Shown here: in pieces, positions 1-8,476 of the stretch | How positions within the stretch are numbered: the stretch's first letter is position 1 | Layout: the number at the start of each line of letters is the position of its first letter | NCBI GenBank assembly: GCA_045632605.1 | Contig: JAZQXA010000097.1 | Location: 18,020 to 82,019, forward strand | DNA length: 64,000 nucleotides | Source of the DNA: Candidatus Flemingiibacterium sp. | GTDB taxonomy: Bacteria > Bacillota > Clostridia > Oscillospirales > CAG-272 | Reading direction: 5' to 3' | Made by a program: the position numbers and the translations under genes | The notes under the pieces: generated by a model | The model's database searches: none | The model's input: only the letters and a program-made list of their open reading frames with translations | Told to the model about the DNA's origin: nothing

Positions 1-503
1 TCTGCGTTATGGAGGGCACACGCCCGATTATCGCAGAGGTTCAGGCACTTGTTACACAGACGGCATACCCGTCGCCAAGACGTACATCCAACGGTATTGA
101 CTACAACCGTATGTGCCTTATTTTAGCTGTTTTAGAGAAGCGTTTGGGATACCGTTTTTCGATAAATGATGCTTATTTAAACGTCATCGGCGGACTTCAT
201 ATTGACGAGCCGGCGGCTGACCTTGCTGTGGCTATGGCTTTGATTTCATCTATCAAGGACGAGGCAGTTGCTGATGACCTTATTGCGATAGGTGAGCTCG
301 GACTTGCAGGAGAATGCCGTGCCGTACAGAATTTTGAGCAGCGAGTTTCGGAGGCGGTAAGACTCGGATTCCGCAAGATAATCGTTCCGGCGAGAAATCT
401 TGAGCTTCGCGAAAAGTCGGGGAAGAAGCTTAAATTTGATGGCGTGGATATCGTTCCGGTAAAGAGTATTTTTGACCGCATAAATTGGGCGGCAGGGAAT
501 TAA
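1..503 (+). CDS. radA: DNA repair protein RadA/Sms, C-terminal Lon-protease-like part (5' end outside window)
   Basis: The reading frame of ORF 9..503 stays open to the window edge. Segments RPIIAEVQALV, GIDYNRMCLILAVLEKR, GGLHIDEPAADLAVAMALISS and IGELGLAGECR match the RadA C-terminal domain as I know it. A hairpin terminator follows. Confidence 0.85.
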   Translation, partial: CVMEGTRPIIAEVQALVTQTAYPSPRRTSNGIDYNRMCLILAVLEKRLGYRFSINDAYLNVIGGLHIDEPAADLAVAMALISSIKDEAVADDLIAIGELGLAGECRAVQNFEQRVSEAVRLGFRKIIVPARNLELREKSGKKLKFDGVDIVPVKSIFDRINWAAGN

Positions 504-515
504 CTGAAAAACACA

Positions 516-557
516 AACCGCATCGGAATACAAAACCGATGCGGTTAAATTTTTATT
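516..557. terminator. Bidirectional intrinsic terminator between convergent radA and the 553..972 gene
   Basis: Stem AACCGCATCGG (516-526) pairs with CCGATGCGGTT (536-546). A T-run follows on the plus strand and an A-run precedes it, which gives a T-run on the minus strand. Confidence 0.75.
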
Positions 558-972
558 CTCCAAACTCCTCAGCCGGATAGCCGAAGAATACAATACGTTC
601 GGAATCATCTGAAAACGGAATATCCCCGATTGACCGTGCACATCCCATAAATCGAGTGAGAACCGATTCTGTCGAATTCTCGTTATTATGCAGTATCATG
701 TGAACATATCCGAGGCCGTCAGTGAGTTCCGAGGCGAATTCAAGATGCAGTGCATATTTGCCGTTGGGGGAGGTGTGGGATAGCACGAGCTCCTTTAATT
801 CCGTGTCGGATAGTGCGCCCGTGTCAAGGCTAAAACGCTTGTATCTGTCCCCAGTGCGAAAAATAATACCGTCCCCGTCAAATGAGGGGGAATCTGCGAA
901 GAAGCCAAATTCCGCAAGGCGGCACATTCTGCCGTCAACGGTTATCATGTTAAGAAACGAGCGTTTCATCAT
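553..972 (-). CDS. Hypothetical protein (139 aa)
   Basis: From ORF 553..1029. I moved the start to ATG 972 (MMKRSF...), which overlaps the upstream TGA stop as ATGA (translational coupling). I recognise no motif. Confidence 0.55.
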   Translation of the reverse strand: MMKRSFLNMITVDGRMCRLAEFGFFADSPSFDGDGIIFRTGDRYKRFSLDTGALSDTELKELVLSHTSPNGKYALHLEFASELTDGLGYVHMILHNNENSTESVLTRFMGCARSIGDIPFSDDSERIVFFGYPAEEFGE

Positions 973-1526
973 CTGCCCTCGATTATATAGAAAAACGGGC
1001 TTGTGGGCGAGTTTACCATTTTGAAGCAAGCTACGGTGTATTTTTTTCTGTCAAGCTTCGAAAGACGCTCGCCGACGAGCTGGCCCTCAATGTCGCCCTC
1101 CGCGTGTCCGGGATAAACGGCGATGAGGATTATCGCATCTTTGTCCATAAGCTCAATAGCCGCTTCAATAGCCGCGAGGGTTGTGTCACGCATTGTCGTG
1201 ATTTTTTTGTCGCTTCCGGGAAGATAGCCGAGGTTGAACATTCCTGCCTTTACCGGCTTATCTACAAATTCCTTTACTCTGTGGTGCGAAGCGCAGATGA
1301 GAGTATAATTTTCGGCACAGCCTGCCGCTGTGAGATTCTTTTTGGTCGATTCTAATGCGGATGGCTGTATGTCAAACGCATAAACGTGTCCCGATTCTCC
1401 GACGGTTTTTGATAAAAACTCGGTGTCGTGCCCGTTTCCCATCGTGTAATCAACTGCGATATCTCCCTCGCGAAGATGCTGTAAAATAAAATATTTGTGC
1501 ATATCAAGCAAGTCTACCATTGCCAT
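969..1526 (-). CDS. mnmM: SAM-dependent tRNA (mnm5s2U34) methyltransferase MnmM/YtqB family
   Basis: From ORF 969..1586. I moved the start to ATG 1526 (MAMVDLL), which follows a GGAG. Blocks DYTMGNGHDTEFL, HVYAFDIQ, FNLGYLPGSDKKITT and VYPGHAEG closely parallel B. subtilis YtqB as I remember it. Confidence 0.75.
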   Translation of the reverse strand: MAMVDLLDMHKYFILQHLREGDIAVDYTMGNGHDTEFLSKTVGESGHVYAFDIQPSALESTKKNLTAAGCAENYTLICASHHRVKEFVDKPVKAGMFNLGYLPGSDKKITTMRDTTLAAIEAAIELMDKDAIILIAVYPGHAEGDIEGQLVGERLSKLDRKKYTVACFKMVNSPTSPFFYIIEGR

Positions 1527-1557
1527 ATTATATTTGCTCCTTAAAAGTGTTTTTTCA

Positions 1558-1586
1558 ATTATACCACATTCATATAAAAAAATCAA
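1558..1586 (-). promoter_or_regulatory. Sigma-A type promoter for mnmM
   Basis: On the minus strand: TTGATT (1586-1581), 17-nt spacer, TATAAT (1563-1558), preceded by a TG (extended -10). Confidence 0.55.
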
Positions 1587-1616
1587 TGGGTGAATACGAT
1601 TTAAACGTATTCACCC
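1575..1616 (-). terminator. Intrinsic terminator ending the oxidoreductase/isomerase operon
   Basis: Stem GGGTGAATACG (1588-1598) pairs with CGTATTCACCC (1606-1616). On the minus strand it is followed by ATTGATTTTTTTA. Confidence 0.8.
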
Positions 1617-1624
1617 AATATTAT

Positions 1625-2662
1625 TTAGAATTTGATGACCTGACCTAGTTCAGCTGATTTGAATGCCGCTTCCATAACCTTCATGTCAAGCATCATCTCT
1701 TCATGTGTTACAAGCTGCGGCTCAATGCCGTCGATTGCCTTTACGAAGTTGCGGTAGTAGTCGTGTACATCGGATACGGGACGCTCACACTCATATTCGT
1801 CAACAGTTACGCTGTCACGAGGCGCCATTGTCTTTGTAAGGCCAGCGGCAGTTTCAACCGGCATAACGTCCGATTCATGCCATGCCTTGCATTTTACGAC
1901 CTTGCAGTTCTCGCGCCAGTCGGTGATAAGCGCAGTACCTTTCATGCCCTGCATATAGAAACGGGGCAGGGGAATGAAATTGTATGTGCCGAGCTCGATG
2001 TAAGCTCTGCAGCCGTTTTCAAACATAAGTTCAAGCTTGAAGCCGTCGTCAACTTCGTTGTTAGTGATATGGTCAAGACGGCAGAAAACAGTATCAATTT
2101 TCGAGGGGACAATCTGGAGAATCTGGTCGATAAGATGAATACCCCAGTCGTAGATCATTCCGCCGCCGTACTGCTTCATGCCTCTCCAGTCGGAGGGGAT
2201 TCCGCGTGAACCGTGTACACGGGATTCAATGTTGAATATTTCGCCGATTTCGCCCGATTCGTAGAGCTTCTTCATTGCGAGAGTATCAACGTCAAAACGG
2301 CGGTTTTGGTGTACGGAAAAAATCTTTCCTGCCTTGTTTGCCGCATCAATCATATCCTGAAGATCTTCAGAGCAGAGTGTTACCGGCTTTTCGCAGATAA
2401 CATTTTTGCCTGCTTCGAGAGCACGGATAACAACCGACTTATGCTGGTCATTCGGGATTGCTACAGTAACAATATCGACATTTGAATCGTTAAGTACTTC
2501 TTCAAAGGAAGCGTAAGCATGAATGCCGCGTGATTCTGCAAGCTCTGATTTTTTCGGGTCTATATCATATATTCCGAGAAGATTTACGACATCACTTTTC
2601 TGCGCGTGACCGACGTGCCAGCCACCCATCCCGCCGTAGCCTATTACTACTAAATTTTTCAT
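1625..2662 (-). CDS. Gfo/Idh/MocA family NAD(P)-dependent oxidoreductase
   Basis: 345 aa. N-terminal Rossmann motif VIGYGGMGGWH and the family EKP motif (VICEKPV). RBS GAGGAA lies upstream. Confidence 0.85.
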   Translation of the reverse strand: MKNLVVIGYGGMGGWHVGHAQKSDVVNLLGIYDIDPKKSELAESRGIHAYASFEEVLNDSNVDIVTVAIPNDQHKSVVIRALEAGKNVICEKPVTLCSEDLQDMIDAANKAGKIFSVHQNRRFDVDTLAMKKLYESGEIGEIFNIESRVHGSRGIPSDWRGMKQYGGGMIYDWGIHLIDQILQIVPSKIDTVFCRLDHITNNEVDDGFKLELMFENGCRAYIELGTYNFIPLPRFYMQGMKGTALITDWRENCKVVKCKAWHESDVMPVETAAGLTKTMAPRDSVTVDEYECERPVSDVHDYYRNFVKAIDGIEPQLVTHEEMMLDMKVMEAAFKSAELGQVIKF

Positions 2663-2677
2663 TTTATTCCTCGATTC

Positions 2678-3646
2678 TCATGCCCAGGATATTGTTCCGG
2701 GCTTTACTTCTTTAATAATAACCTGTTTCAGAGCGTCAACGGCTTTTGAGAGCCCCTCGTCGATTGTCATAAGGCTGTCTTCATGCTCAATGGACATGAC
2801 CTTATCGTATCCGACAAGACGAAGCGCAGATACGATGTCTTTCCAGTATGCAATGTCATTTCCGTAGCCGACAGCGCGGAATACCCACGAACGGTTGATT
2901 TCATCGCCGTAATGCTTGGTGTCAAGTACGCCATTGCGGCTGGTGTTGATGTCATCAACCTTGGTGTCCTTTGCGTGGAAATGATAGACTGCACCTTTAA
3001 GCTCACGGATTGCGGCAACGGGGTCGATGCCCTGCCAGATAAGGTGCGAGGGATCGAAATTAGCGCCGATAGTGTCGCCGACAGCAGCACGGAGCTTGAG
3101 GAGAGTTTCTGGATTGTAAACACAGAAGCCGGGGTGCATTTCAAGTGCGATTTTTGTAACGCCGTGAGCGTTTGCAAACTTAACTTCCTCTTTCCAGTAG
3201 GGTATGAGAACGTCATTCCACTGATAGTCGAGAATGGAGAGGAAATCGTCCGGCCATGGGCAGGTTACCCAGTTCGGATATTTTGCGCCGGCATAGTCGC
3301 CGGGACAGCCCGAAAATGTGATTACAGTGTCAAGCCCCATCTTTTCAGCAAGAAGTATTGCCGCTCTGAAATCGGCTTCAAAGCCTGCGGCGATTTCCTT
3401 GTTCGGATGAACGGGATTGCCGTGGCAGGCAAGGGCACAGGGCTCGATGCCGTGCTTTTTGAATGTTTCTGTAAATTCGTTGTATTTTACATCATCATTA
3501 AGCAGAATAGCCGGGTCACAGTGTGCCTTGCCGGGATATCCGCCGCAGCCGATTTCAGCCGCTTCAATGCCGAGTGAAGCAAAAATCGAAAGTGCTTCGT
3601 CGAGGCTTTTTTCGCCGTAGCAGTTGGTAATAACAGAAATTTTCAT
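2678..3646 (-). CDS. Sugar phosphate isomerase/epimerase (xylose-isomerase-like TIM barrel) family protein
   Basis: From ORF 2678..3664. I moved the start to ATG 3646 (MKISVITN), 8 nt after GGAGG. Length and pattern (EIGCGGYPG, ALEMHPG, SIEHED) fit AP-endonuclease-2/xylose-isomerase-like TIM barrels. Confidence 0.75.
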   Translation of the reverse strand: MKISVITNCYGEKSLDEALSIFASLGIEAAEIGCGGYPGKAHCDPAILLNDDVKYNEFTETFKKHGIEPCALACHGNPVHPNKEIAAGFEADFRAAILLAEKMGLDTVITFSGCPGDYAGAKYPNWVTCPWPDDFLSILDYQWNDVLIPYWKEEVKFANAHGVTKIALEMHPGFCVYNPETLLKLRAAVGDTIGANFDPSHLIWQGIDPVAAIRELKGAVYHFHAKDTKVDDINTSRNGVLDTKHYGDEINRSWVFRAVGYGNDIAYWKDIVSALRLVGYDKVMSIEHEDSLMTIDEGLSKAVDALKQVIIKEVKPGTISWA

Positions 3647-3660
3647 GATATTACCTCCGC

Positions 3661-4755
3661 TCAAAAATTATAGATAGTACCGGTCTTTGCAGACTCGTAG
3701 ATGCCCTCCAGTATCTTTGTTACGCAGAGAGCCTGCTCGGGAAGAACGCAGGGGTCTTTATCCTCTCTGATAGCGGCAATCCACTGACGTGCTTCAACAT
3801 CTGCACTTGTAAGATCACCGCTGCCCTCGTTGAAAGCAACGCCGCCTCTGGTGAGGTCGGGAGTTGTAACGCACTGTCTGCCGTTAATGATGGAATTTAT
3901 ACGAAGACCGTTCATCATATCGCCGCCTGCCTTTGTTCCGCAGACGGATGTTACTGCTTCGCGAACATCGAGAGTGTTGAGCGCCCAGGCGGACTCAAGA
4001 ACTATAGTGGCACCGTTTTCCATAACGATGAATCCGAATGCGGAATCTTCAACGGTGAACTTTTCGGGGTCCCAGTCGCCCCATGCGTTTCCGGTGCGTG
4101 TGTCGTTGTTAAGTTTATGATATGCTGTTCCGACGCAGTACTTAGGCTTGTAGTTGTTCATCATCCAAAGTGTCAGGTCGAGAGCGTGTGTTCCTATATC
4201 AATAAGAGGTCCGCCGCCTTGTTCGTATTCATTTAGGAATACGCCCCATGTCGGAACGGCACGGCGGCGAAGTGCGGTTGCCTTGGCGTAGTAAATATCG
4301 CCGAAGGTGCCTTTTTCTGCTTCTTCATGCATAAATTCCGAATCCGGGCGGTAACGTCCCTGATATCCGATGGTAAGCTTTTTGCCGGTACGCTTTGATG
4401 CTTCGAGCATTTTTTCTGCCTCTGCGGAGTTGATTGCCATCGGCTTTTCGCACATAACATGCTTGCCCGATTCGAGCGCATCAACGGTGATAAAGCTGTG
4501 GCTTCTGTTCGGTGTACAAACGTGGATAACATCAATACTTGTATCTTTAAGCAGTTCTTTATAGTCTGTGTAAATTTTTGCATTAGGAGTTCCAAACTCC
4601 TTTGCGGAGGATTCTGCTCTATCTTTTATGATATCGCAGAAAGCGACCATTTCAACGCCGGCGATTTTTTTTAGGGCAGGCATATGCTTTTTAGTGGCTA
4701 TGCCGCCGCATCCAATCATGCCGATGCGGATGGTCTTGTCGGTATTTGCAGTCAT
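3661..4755 (-). CDS. Gfo/Idh/MocA family NAD(P)-dependent oxidoreductase
   Basis: 364 aa. Rossmann motif IGMIGCGGIA and EKP motif MCEKPMA. RBS GGAGG lies upstream of ATG 4755. Confidence 0.85.
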   Translation of the reverse strand: MTANTDKTIRIGMIGCGGIATKKHMPALKKIAGVEMVAFCDIIKDRAESSAKEFGTPNAKIYTDYKELLKDTSIDVIHVCTPNRSHSFITVDALESGKHVMCEKPMAINSAEAEKMLEASKRTGKKLTIGYQGRYRPDSEFMHEEAEKGTFGDIYYAKATALRRRAVPTWGVFLNEYEQGGGPLIDIGTHALDLTLWMMNNYKPKYCVGTAYHKLNNDTRTGNAWGDWDPEKFTVEDSAFGFIVMENGATIVLESAWALNTLDVREAVTSVCGTKAGGDMMNGLRINSIINGRQCVTTPDLTRGGVAFNEGSGDLTSADVEARQWIAAIREDKDPCVLPEQALCVTKILEGIYESAKTGTIYNF

Positions 4756-4767
4756 TATGAACTACCT

Positions 4768-4834
4768 CCAAAATAAAAAATTAACCGTACGACGCGCAGC
4801 GCCCATAATCCTTGACGTGCGTATGCCGTACGGT
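4768..4834 (-). terminator. Terminator-like hairpin plus U-tract inside the leader of the 4755 operon (possible attenuator)
   Basis: On the minus strand ACCGTACG (4834-4827) pairs with CGTACGGT (4791-4784), with inner ACGC/GCGT pairs. It is followed directly by TAATTTTTTATTTT and then the GGAGG RBS. Confidence 0.45.
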
Positions 4835-4837
4835 ATA

Positions 4838-4866
4838 ATGATACCCTTTTTTTTTTTAAAAGTCAA
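4838..4866 (-). promoter_or_regulatory. Candidate promoter of the oxidoreductase/isomerase operon
   Basis: On the minus strand: TTGACT (4866-4861), 17-nt spacer (TTT, A11, GGG), TATCAT (4843-4838). Confidence 0.45.
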
Positions 4867-4933
4867 TCCTTTTTGGAAAAAAACTTGTTTTTATGCGCAA
4901 TTTTGCGTAAATTTTTACCATTTTAAATTTTGC

Positions 4934-5275
4934 TTACTTTATATAATATGTATAGTAGACGATAATGGTTCGTTCACGTCCGTTTTGAGTTAAGTCAGGG
5001 GCGGTTAACATGGCTCCGTCGTTGCTCATAAGCTCCCATGCACGGAGCTCCGTCACCTTACAGCGAAAGACGATATCAGAGCTTGAGAGCACAATAAATT
5101 CGTCGTCCTTAATCGAAAGTGAGCCGGCGTGACCGATGACAGTATCCTTGCCGTCCGCTTCACGCTCTGTGCAGTATTTTATCGCACGTCCCGAAAGATG
5201 CTTTGCCATTTCTATGCGGAATGCGACGGAGTTTTCGTTCTTGGGTTTAAAAAGCTTTTTTATGAAACCAAACAT
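4934..5275 (-). CDS. Hypothetical protein (113 aa)
   Basis: From ORF 4934..5329. I prefer the start at MFGFIKKLF (ATG 5275). The predicted sequence looks strand-rich. I recognise no motif. Confidence 0.5.
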   Translation of the reverse strand: MFGFIKKLFKPKNENSVAFRIEMAKHLSGRAIKYCTEREADGKDTVIGHAGSLSIKDDEFIVLSSSDIVFRCKVTELRAWELMSNDGAMLTAPDLTQNGRERTIIVYYTYYIK

Positions 5276-5344
5276 TGTTTTATTTCCTCTCTGAATATAT
5301 ATATGCTTATGATACATCTTTTCATGCAAAATGTCAACTGAATT

Positions 5345-5376
5345 TTCTAAAAATAAGGCACGCCGGTCAGCGTGCC
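5345..5376 (-). terminator. Intrinsic terminator after the amidohydrolase gene
   Basis: Stem GGCACGC (5357-5363) pairs with GCGTGCC (5370-5376). On the minus strand it is followed by TTATTTTTAG. Confidence 0.75.
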
Positions 5377-5383
5377 CGTATAA

Positions 5384-6370
5384 TTATTTTTTAAAGAGTC
5401 TTGCTGCGTTGGAATAAAAGAGCTTTTCAACGGCATCCTCATTAAGGTCGGTGAGAATGCAGGCTTCTCTTGTTGCCATGAGGTTTTCGGTTCCGATAAG
5501 CCAAGTGTTAAAATCGGTGTTTGAATTAAAATTTTCAAGGTCTTCTTTGTAAATCCAGTAGAAGGTGTCGCCAAGTGATACCTGCTTCCCGACACACATT
5601 GTTATCGGCCAGTCAGAGCCCCACATACAGCGGTCGATTCCGATTTTGTTTATAATTGCAATCATCGCGGGAGATTCGCAAATACCGGAGAAATCGTACC
5701 ACACATTTTCGTAAGGTGCAAGCTCGCCAACTGTTTCTATTGTTGTCCAAGCTGCAAATCCACGTGCCGCATGAGCGAGAATGAGAGTTGCATTCGGATA
5801 ACGCTTTGCCATTTCTTTAATATATCTCATGTTATCTTCGTCAGCCAGAGATTTCGGACGAACCATGTGAAGTGTGATAACAAGCTTTCTTTCATTTGCA
5901 ACTTGCCATACTGTTTCGGGGAGATATTCTCCAATGGAAGCATAATATGTGTCCGGGCGGTCTGCCTGAAGATGATAGCACTTGAAGCCGCAGATTCCGG
6001 GATGAATAAGCTGCCCTTCAATTTCTTCAACGGTGTCGTCCGGGTGGACGAGAATTTCACCGACGTTTTTCGGATATTTTTTCAGTTCTTCAACAAGAAA
6101 GTCTGTCATCTTCTGACGTTCAGGCTTTGCGCGAAGCTCCTTATAGGGATTTGCAATTCCGTTGCAAATTACCTCGCGGTTACCGAAGATAGGTGCGGTA
6201 TCGGCATAATAATCGGTAAAGTTAAGATTTACCGGCTTTATTCCGAAAGGTCTGTCAGACAGATGCATATGCACGTCAAAAATCTTTCCCGGCAGAAATG
6301 CATCAAGCTTCTTGATTGCCTCTAGGTCGCTTGCTGTGTAAACTTCGTCTTTAAAAACTTTCTTTTCCAT
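5384..6370 (-). CDS. Amidohydrolase-2 family metal-dependent hydrolase (lactonase/decarboxylase-type)
   Basis: 328 aa. It shows an HxH near the N-terminus (FDVHMHLSD), then ILAHAARG and WGSDWP, which is the metal-ligand pattern of amidohydrolase_2-type TIM barrels. Confidence 0.7.
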   Translation of the reverse strand: MEKKVFKDEVYTASDLEAIKKLDAFLPGKIFDVHMHLSDRPFGIKPVNLNFTDYYADTAPIFGNREVICNGIANPYKELRAKPERQKMTDFLVEELKKYPKNVGEILVHPDDTVEEIEGQLIHPGICGFKCYHLQADRPDTYYASIGEYLPETVWQVANERKLVITLHMVRPKSLADEDNMRYIKEMAKRYPNATLILAHAARGFAAWTTIETVGELAPYENVWYDFSGICESPAMIAIINKIGIDRCMWGSDWPITMCVGKQVSLGDTFYWIYKEDLENFNSNTDFNTWLIGTENLMATREACILTDLNEDAVEKLFYSNAARLFKK

Positions 6371-6405
6371 GTTTCGTTTGAATCCTTTCCTGTATATTCT
6401 TTTCT

Positions 6406-7251
6406 CTATTTTTTCTTTACCTTGAAAAATGAATTTCTGTATTGATTAGGTGTTTCGCCTGTGTTTTCCTTGAAAACTTTAAAAAATGCAGATTTTGACG
6501 TATATCCGATTTGTTCGTAAATTTCTTCGATTGGCGTGTCTGTATTGCGCAGCATCCATGATGCATATCCAATACGGTGCGAAATTAGCTTGGCATTAAA
6601 ATTTACGCCGTAATTTGTTAGCAACACACGGTTTAACTGTCTGGTTGAAATATGAAGCTTATCAGCGAGGTCGGTTGCCGATAAACACAAATTTTGAGGA
6701 TCTGCAAAGAAATTATCAATGATTTCATTTTTTTCTTTTAGATTTCGGGCGTTATGAGCAGAGTTATTCTGACATTCTTCGTGAATTGAGCGGATTATCT
6801 CAGCTACAAACAGCTGCATTTTTAAATTCATAGTATCTTCTGTGAATATTGGAAATGCATCTTGATCGTTATGTATGCTTTTGCTGAGTGCAAACACGAA
6901 GTCATTAATTTTTATTTTTTTGCAGGAACCAACCATCTTTGAAAGCTCATCAGCCTCAGGCGAGGGGACAAGCTTAAACGGAATGCACGGAATCAAACAG
7001 TCTGTGCTGACATTCAGTATGCGGTGATTTATTTTTGGTGGAATTACAAGAATTTCACCTGCCATAAGTTCATATTTTTTTGAATTTACTTCGAACGTAA
7101 TTTCGCCGCTCAAATCAACAAAGCATTCAAAGCAATCCTCATGCGAATGTATTGTTGTGTAGTATGAGTTATATATATCAGGCCTTTGCGGTGCTTTGGA
7201 GACAGCGAGCATAATTTTATATTTACCGATTGAAAAGGTTTGTACGGGCAT
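6406..7251 (-). CDS. AraC family transcriptional regulator (cupin-like N-domain plus HTH)
   Basis: 281 aa. The C-terminal double HTH (LSATDLADKLHISTRQLNRVL ... GYTSKSAFFKVFKENTGETPNQYR) is typical of AraC/XylS regulators. Confidence 0.85.
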   Translation of the reverse strand: MPVQTFSIGKYKIMLAVSKAPQRPDIYNSYYTTIHSHEDCFECFVDLSGEITFEVNSKKYELMAGEILVIPPKINHRILNVSTDCLIPCIPFKLVPSPEADELSKMVGSCKKIKINDFVFALSKSIHNDQDAFPIFTEDTMNLKMQLFVAEIIRSIHEECQNNSAHNARNLKEKNEIIDNFFADPQNLCLSATDLADKLHISTRQLNRVLLTNYGVNFNAKLISHRIGYASWMLRNTDTPIEEIYEQIGYTSKSAFFKVFKENTGETPNQYRNSFFKVKKK

Positions 7252-7288
7252 GGATTATCCTCATTTCATATAAGATTGTAGGATGCCT

Positions 7289-8122
7289 TTAAGCGAAAGG
7301 TGACGACTCTCTGTACTGTGTCGGAGTCACGCCGATGCGCTCTTTGAAAACTTTGAAGAAAGCTGATTTTGAAGTATATCCTGCTTTTTCATAAATTTCA
7401 TCAATAGGTGTATCTGTGTTTCTGAGTAGCCACTGTGAATATAAAATGCGGCGTGTTATGATTATGTCTGTGTAATTACGGTTGTATTCTTTGTTAAGTA
7501 TACGGTTGAGTTGGCGAACGGATATATGCAGCATATCTGCGAGAACGTCGGCTGATGCTGAAAAATTTTGAACATCCGAAAGAAAATCGTCGATGATGTG
7601 TATTTGATGCTGTTCCGACAGAGTATAATCCGATTCAGAAATATTGTTTTTTTCTGTAACCATTAACACAAGCTCTGAAAAAATCATTTGAGCCACATTT
7701 TTCTTCCAATCGAAAAAATAGGGGTTTTTTGATATGTTGTTTTTTACAATAGAGTCAAACAGTGAACCAAAAAGCTCTGAACCCTTGAAATGCAGAAATG
7801 GGTGGACCATCTGTGAAAATTCTTTGTTTTTGGGAGTTTGATCCATATCAAATTGCAAGCAGTCAAGCCTGGAATCGGGAGAAAGCTGTTTTACGTAGTG
7901 AGTTGCCGGAGGAGCAATGATGATGGCATCACCTGCCGATATATTTAGTGTTGTTCCTTCGATAAGAAATTCAGCGGTTCCGGAATGGAGATAAAATAAC
8001 TCATATTTATCTTGATGAGAATGCTCGGGATACGAAAACATTCTTGTTACATCAAAATGAAAATCGGTAATTATACTTATATTGAAAGTGAATTCTCCCA
8101 TAGAATACTGTATCCGAGCCAT
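7289..8122 (-). CDS. AraC family transcriptional regulator, paralog of 6406..7251
   Basis: 277 aa with the same architecture. The C-terminal block RNTDTPIDEIYEKAGYTSKSAFFKVFKERIGVTPTQYR is nearly identical to its neighbour. Confidence 0.85.
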   Translation of the reverse strand: MARIQYSMGEFTFNISIITDFHFDVTRMFSYPEHSHQDKYELFYLHSGTAEFLIEGTTLNISAGDAIIIAPPATHYVKQLSPDSRLDCLQFDMDQTPKNKEFSQMVHPFLHFKGSELFGSLFDSIVKNNISKNPYFFDWKKNVAQMIFSELVLMVTEKNNISESDYTLSEQHQIHIIDDFLSDVQNFSASADVLADMLHISVRQLNRILNKEYNRNYTDIIITRRILYSQWLLRNTDTPIDEIYEKAGYTSKSAFFKVFKERIGVTPTQYRESSPFA

Positions 8123-8319
8123 TCATTAACCTCCATATTGAATATTAATGTTACCATAAAATAACGAATTTTATAACGGTATCAGTTCCGAATTTTCAAC
8201 AATAAATGTTACAAACGGATAACGGTGTAAATACAGTGAAGAATATACTGTCAAATTCGACAAAATGAATCGTTGGTTTTGTGCGCATCGCCAAAAAAAT
8301 ATTAATTTCCATATCCTAC

Positions 8320-8347
8320 TTGAAATTTCGAAAAAATATGGTATATT
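8320..8347 (+). promoter_or_regulatory. Candidate promoter of the ABC/DUF1854 operon
   Basis: TTGAAA (8320-8325), 16-nt spacer, TGgTATATT (extended -10, hexamer 8342-8347). This leaves a ~125-nt leader before ATG 8477. Confidence 0.45.
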
Positions 8348-8476
8348 TATTATAACATATTGTTTTTGATTGTCAATTGTTTTTTTAAAATAAAATAATT
8401 AAGTCATGAAAAAACGGTATGTCAAAATTTTGAAAGGAGAAGACTGCGCACAAAAATAGCACGGTCGTACACCTTT

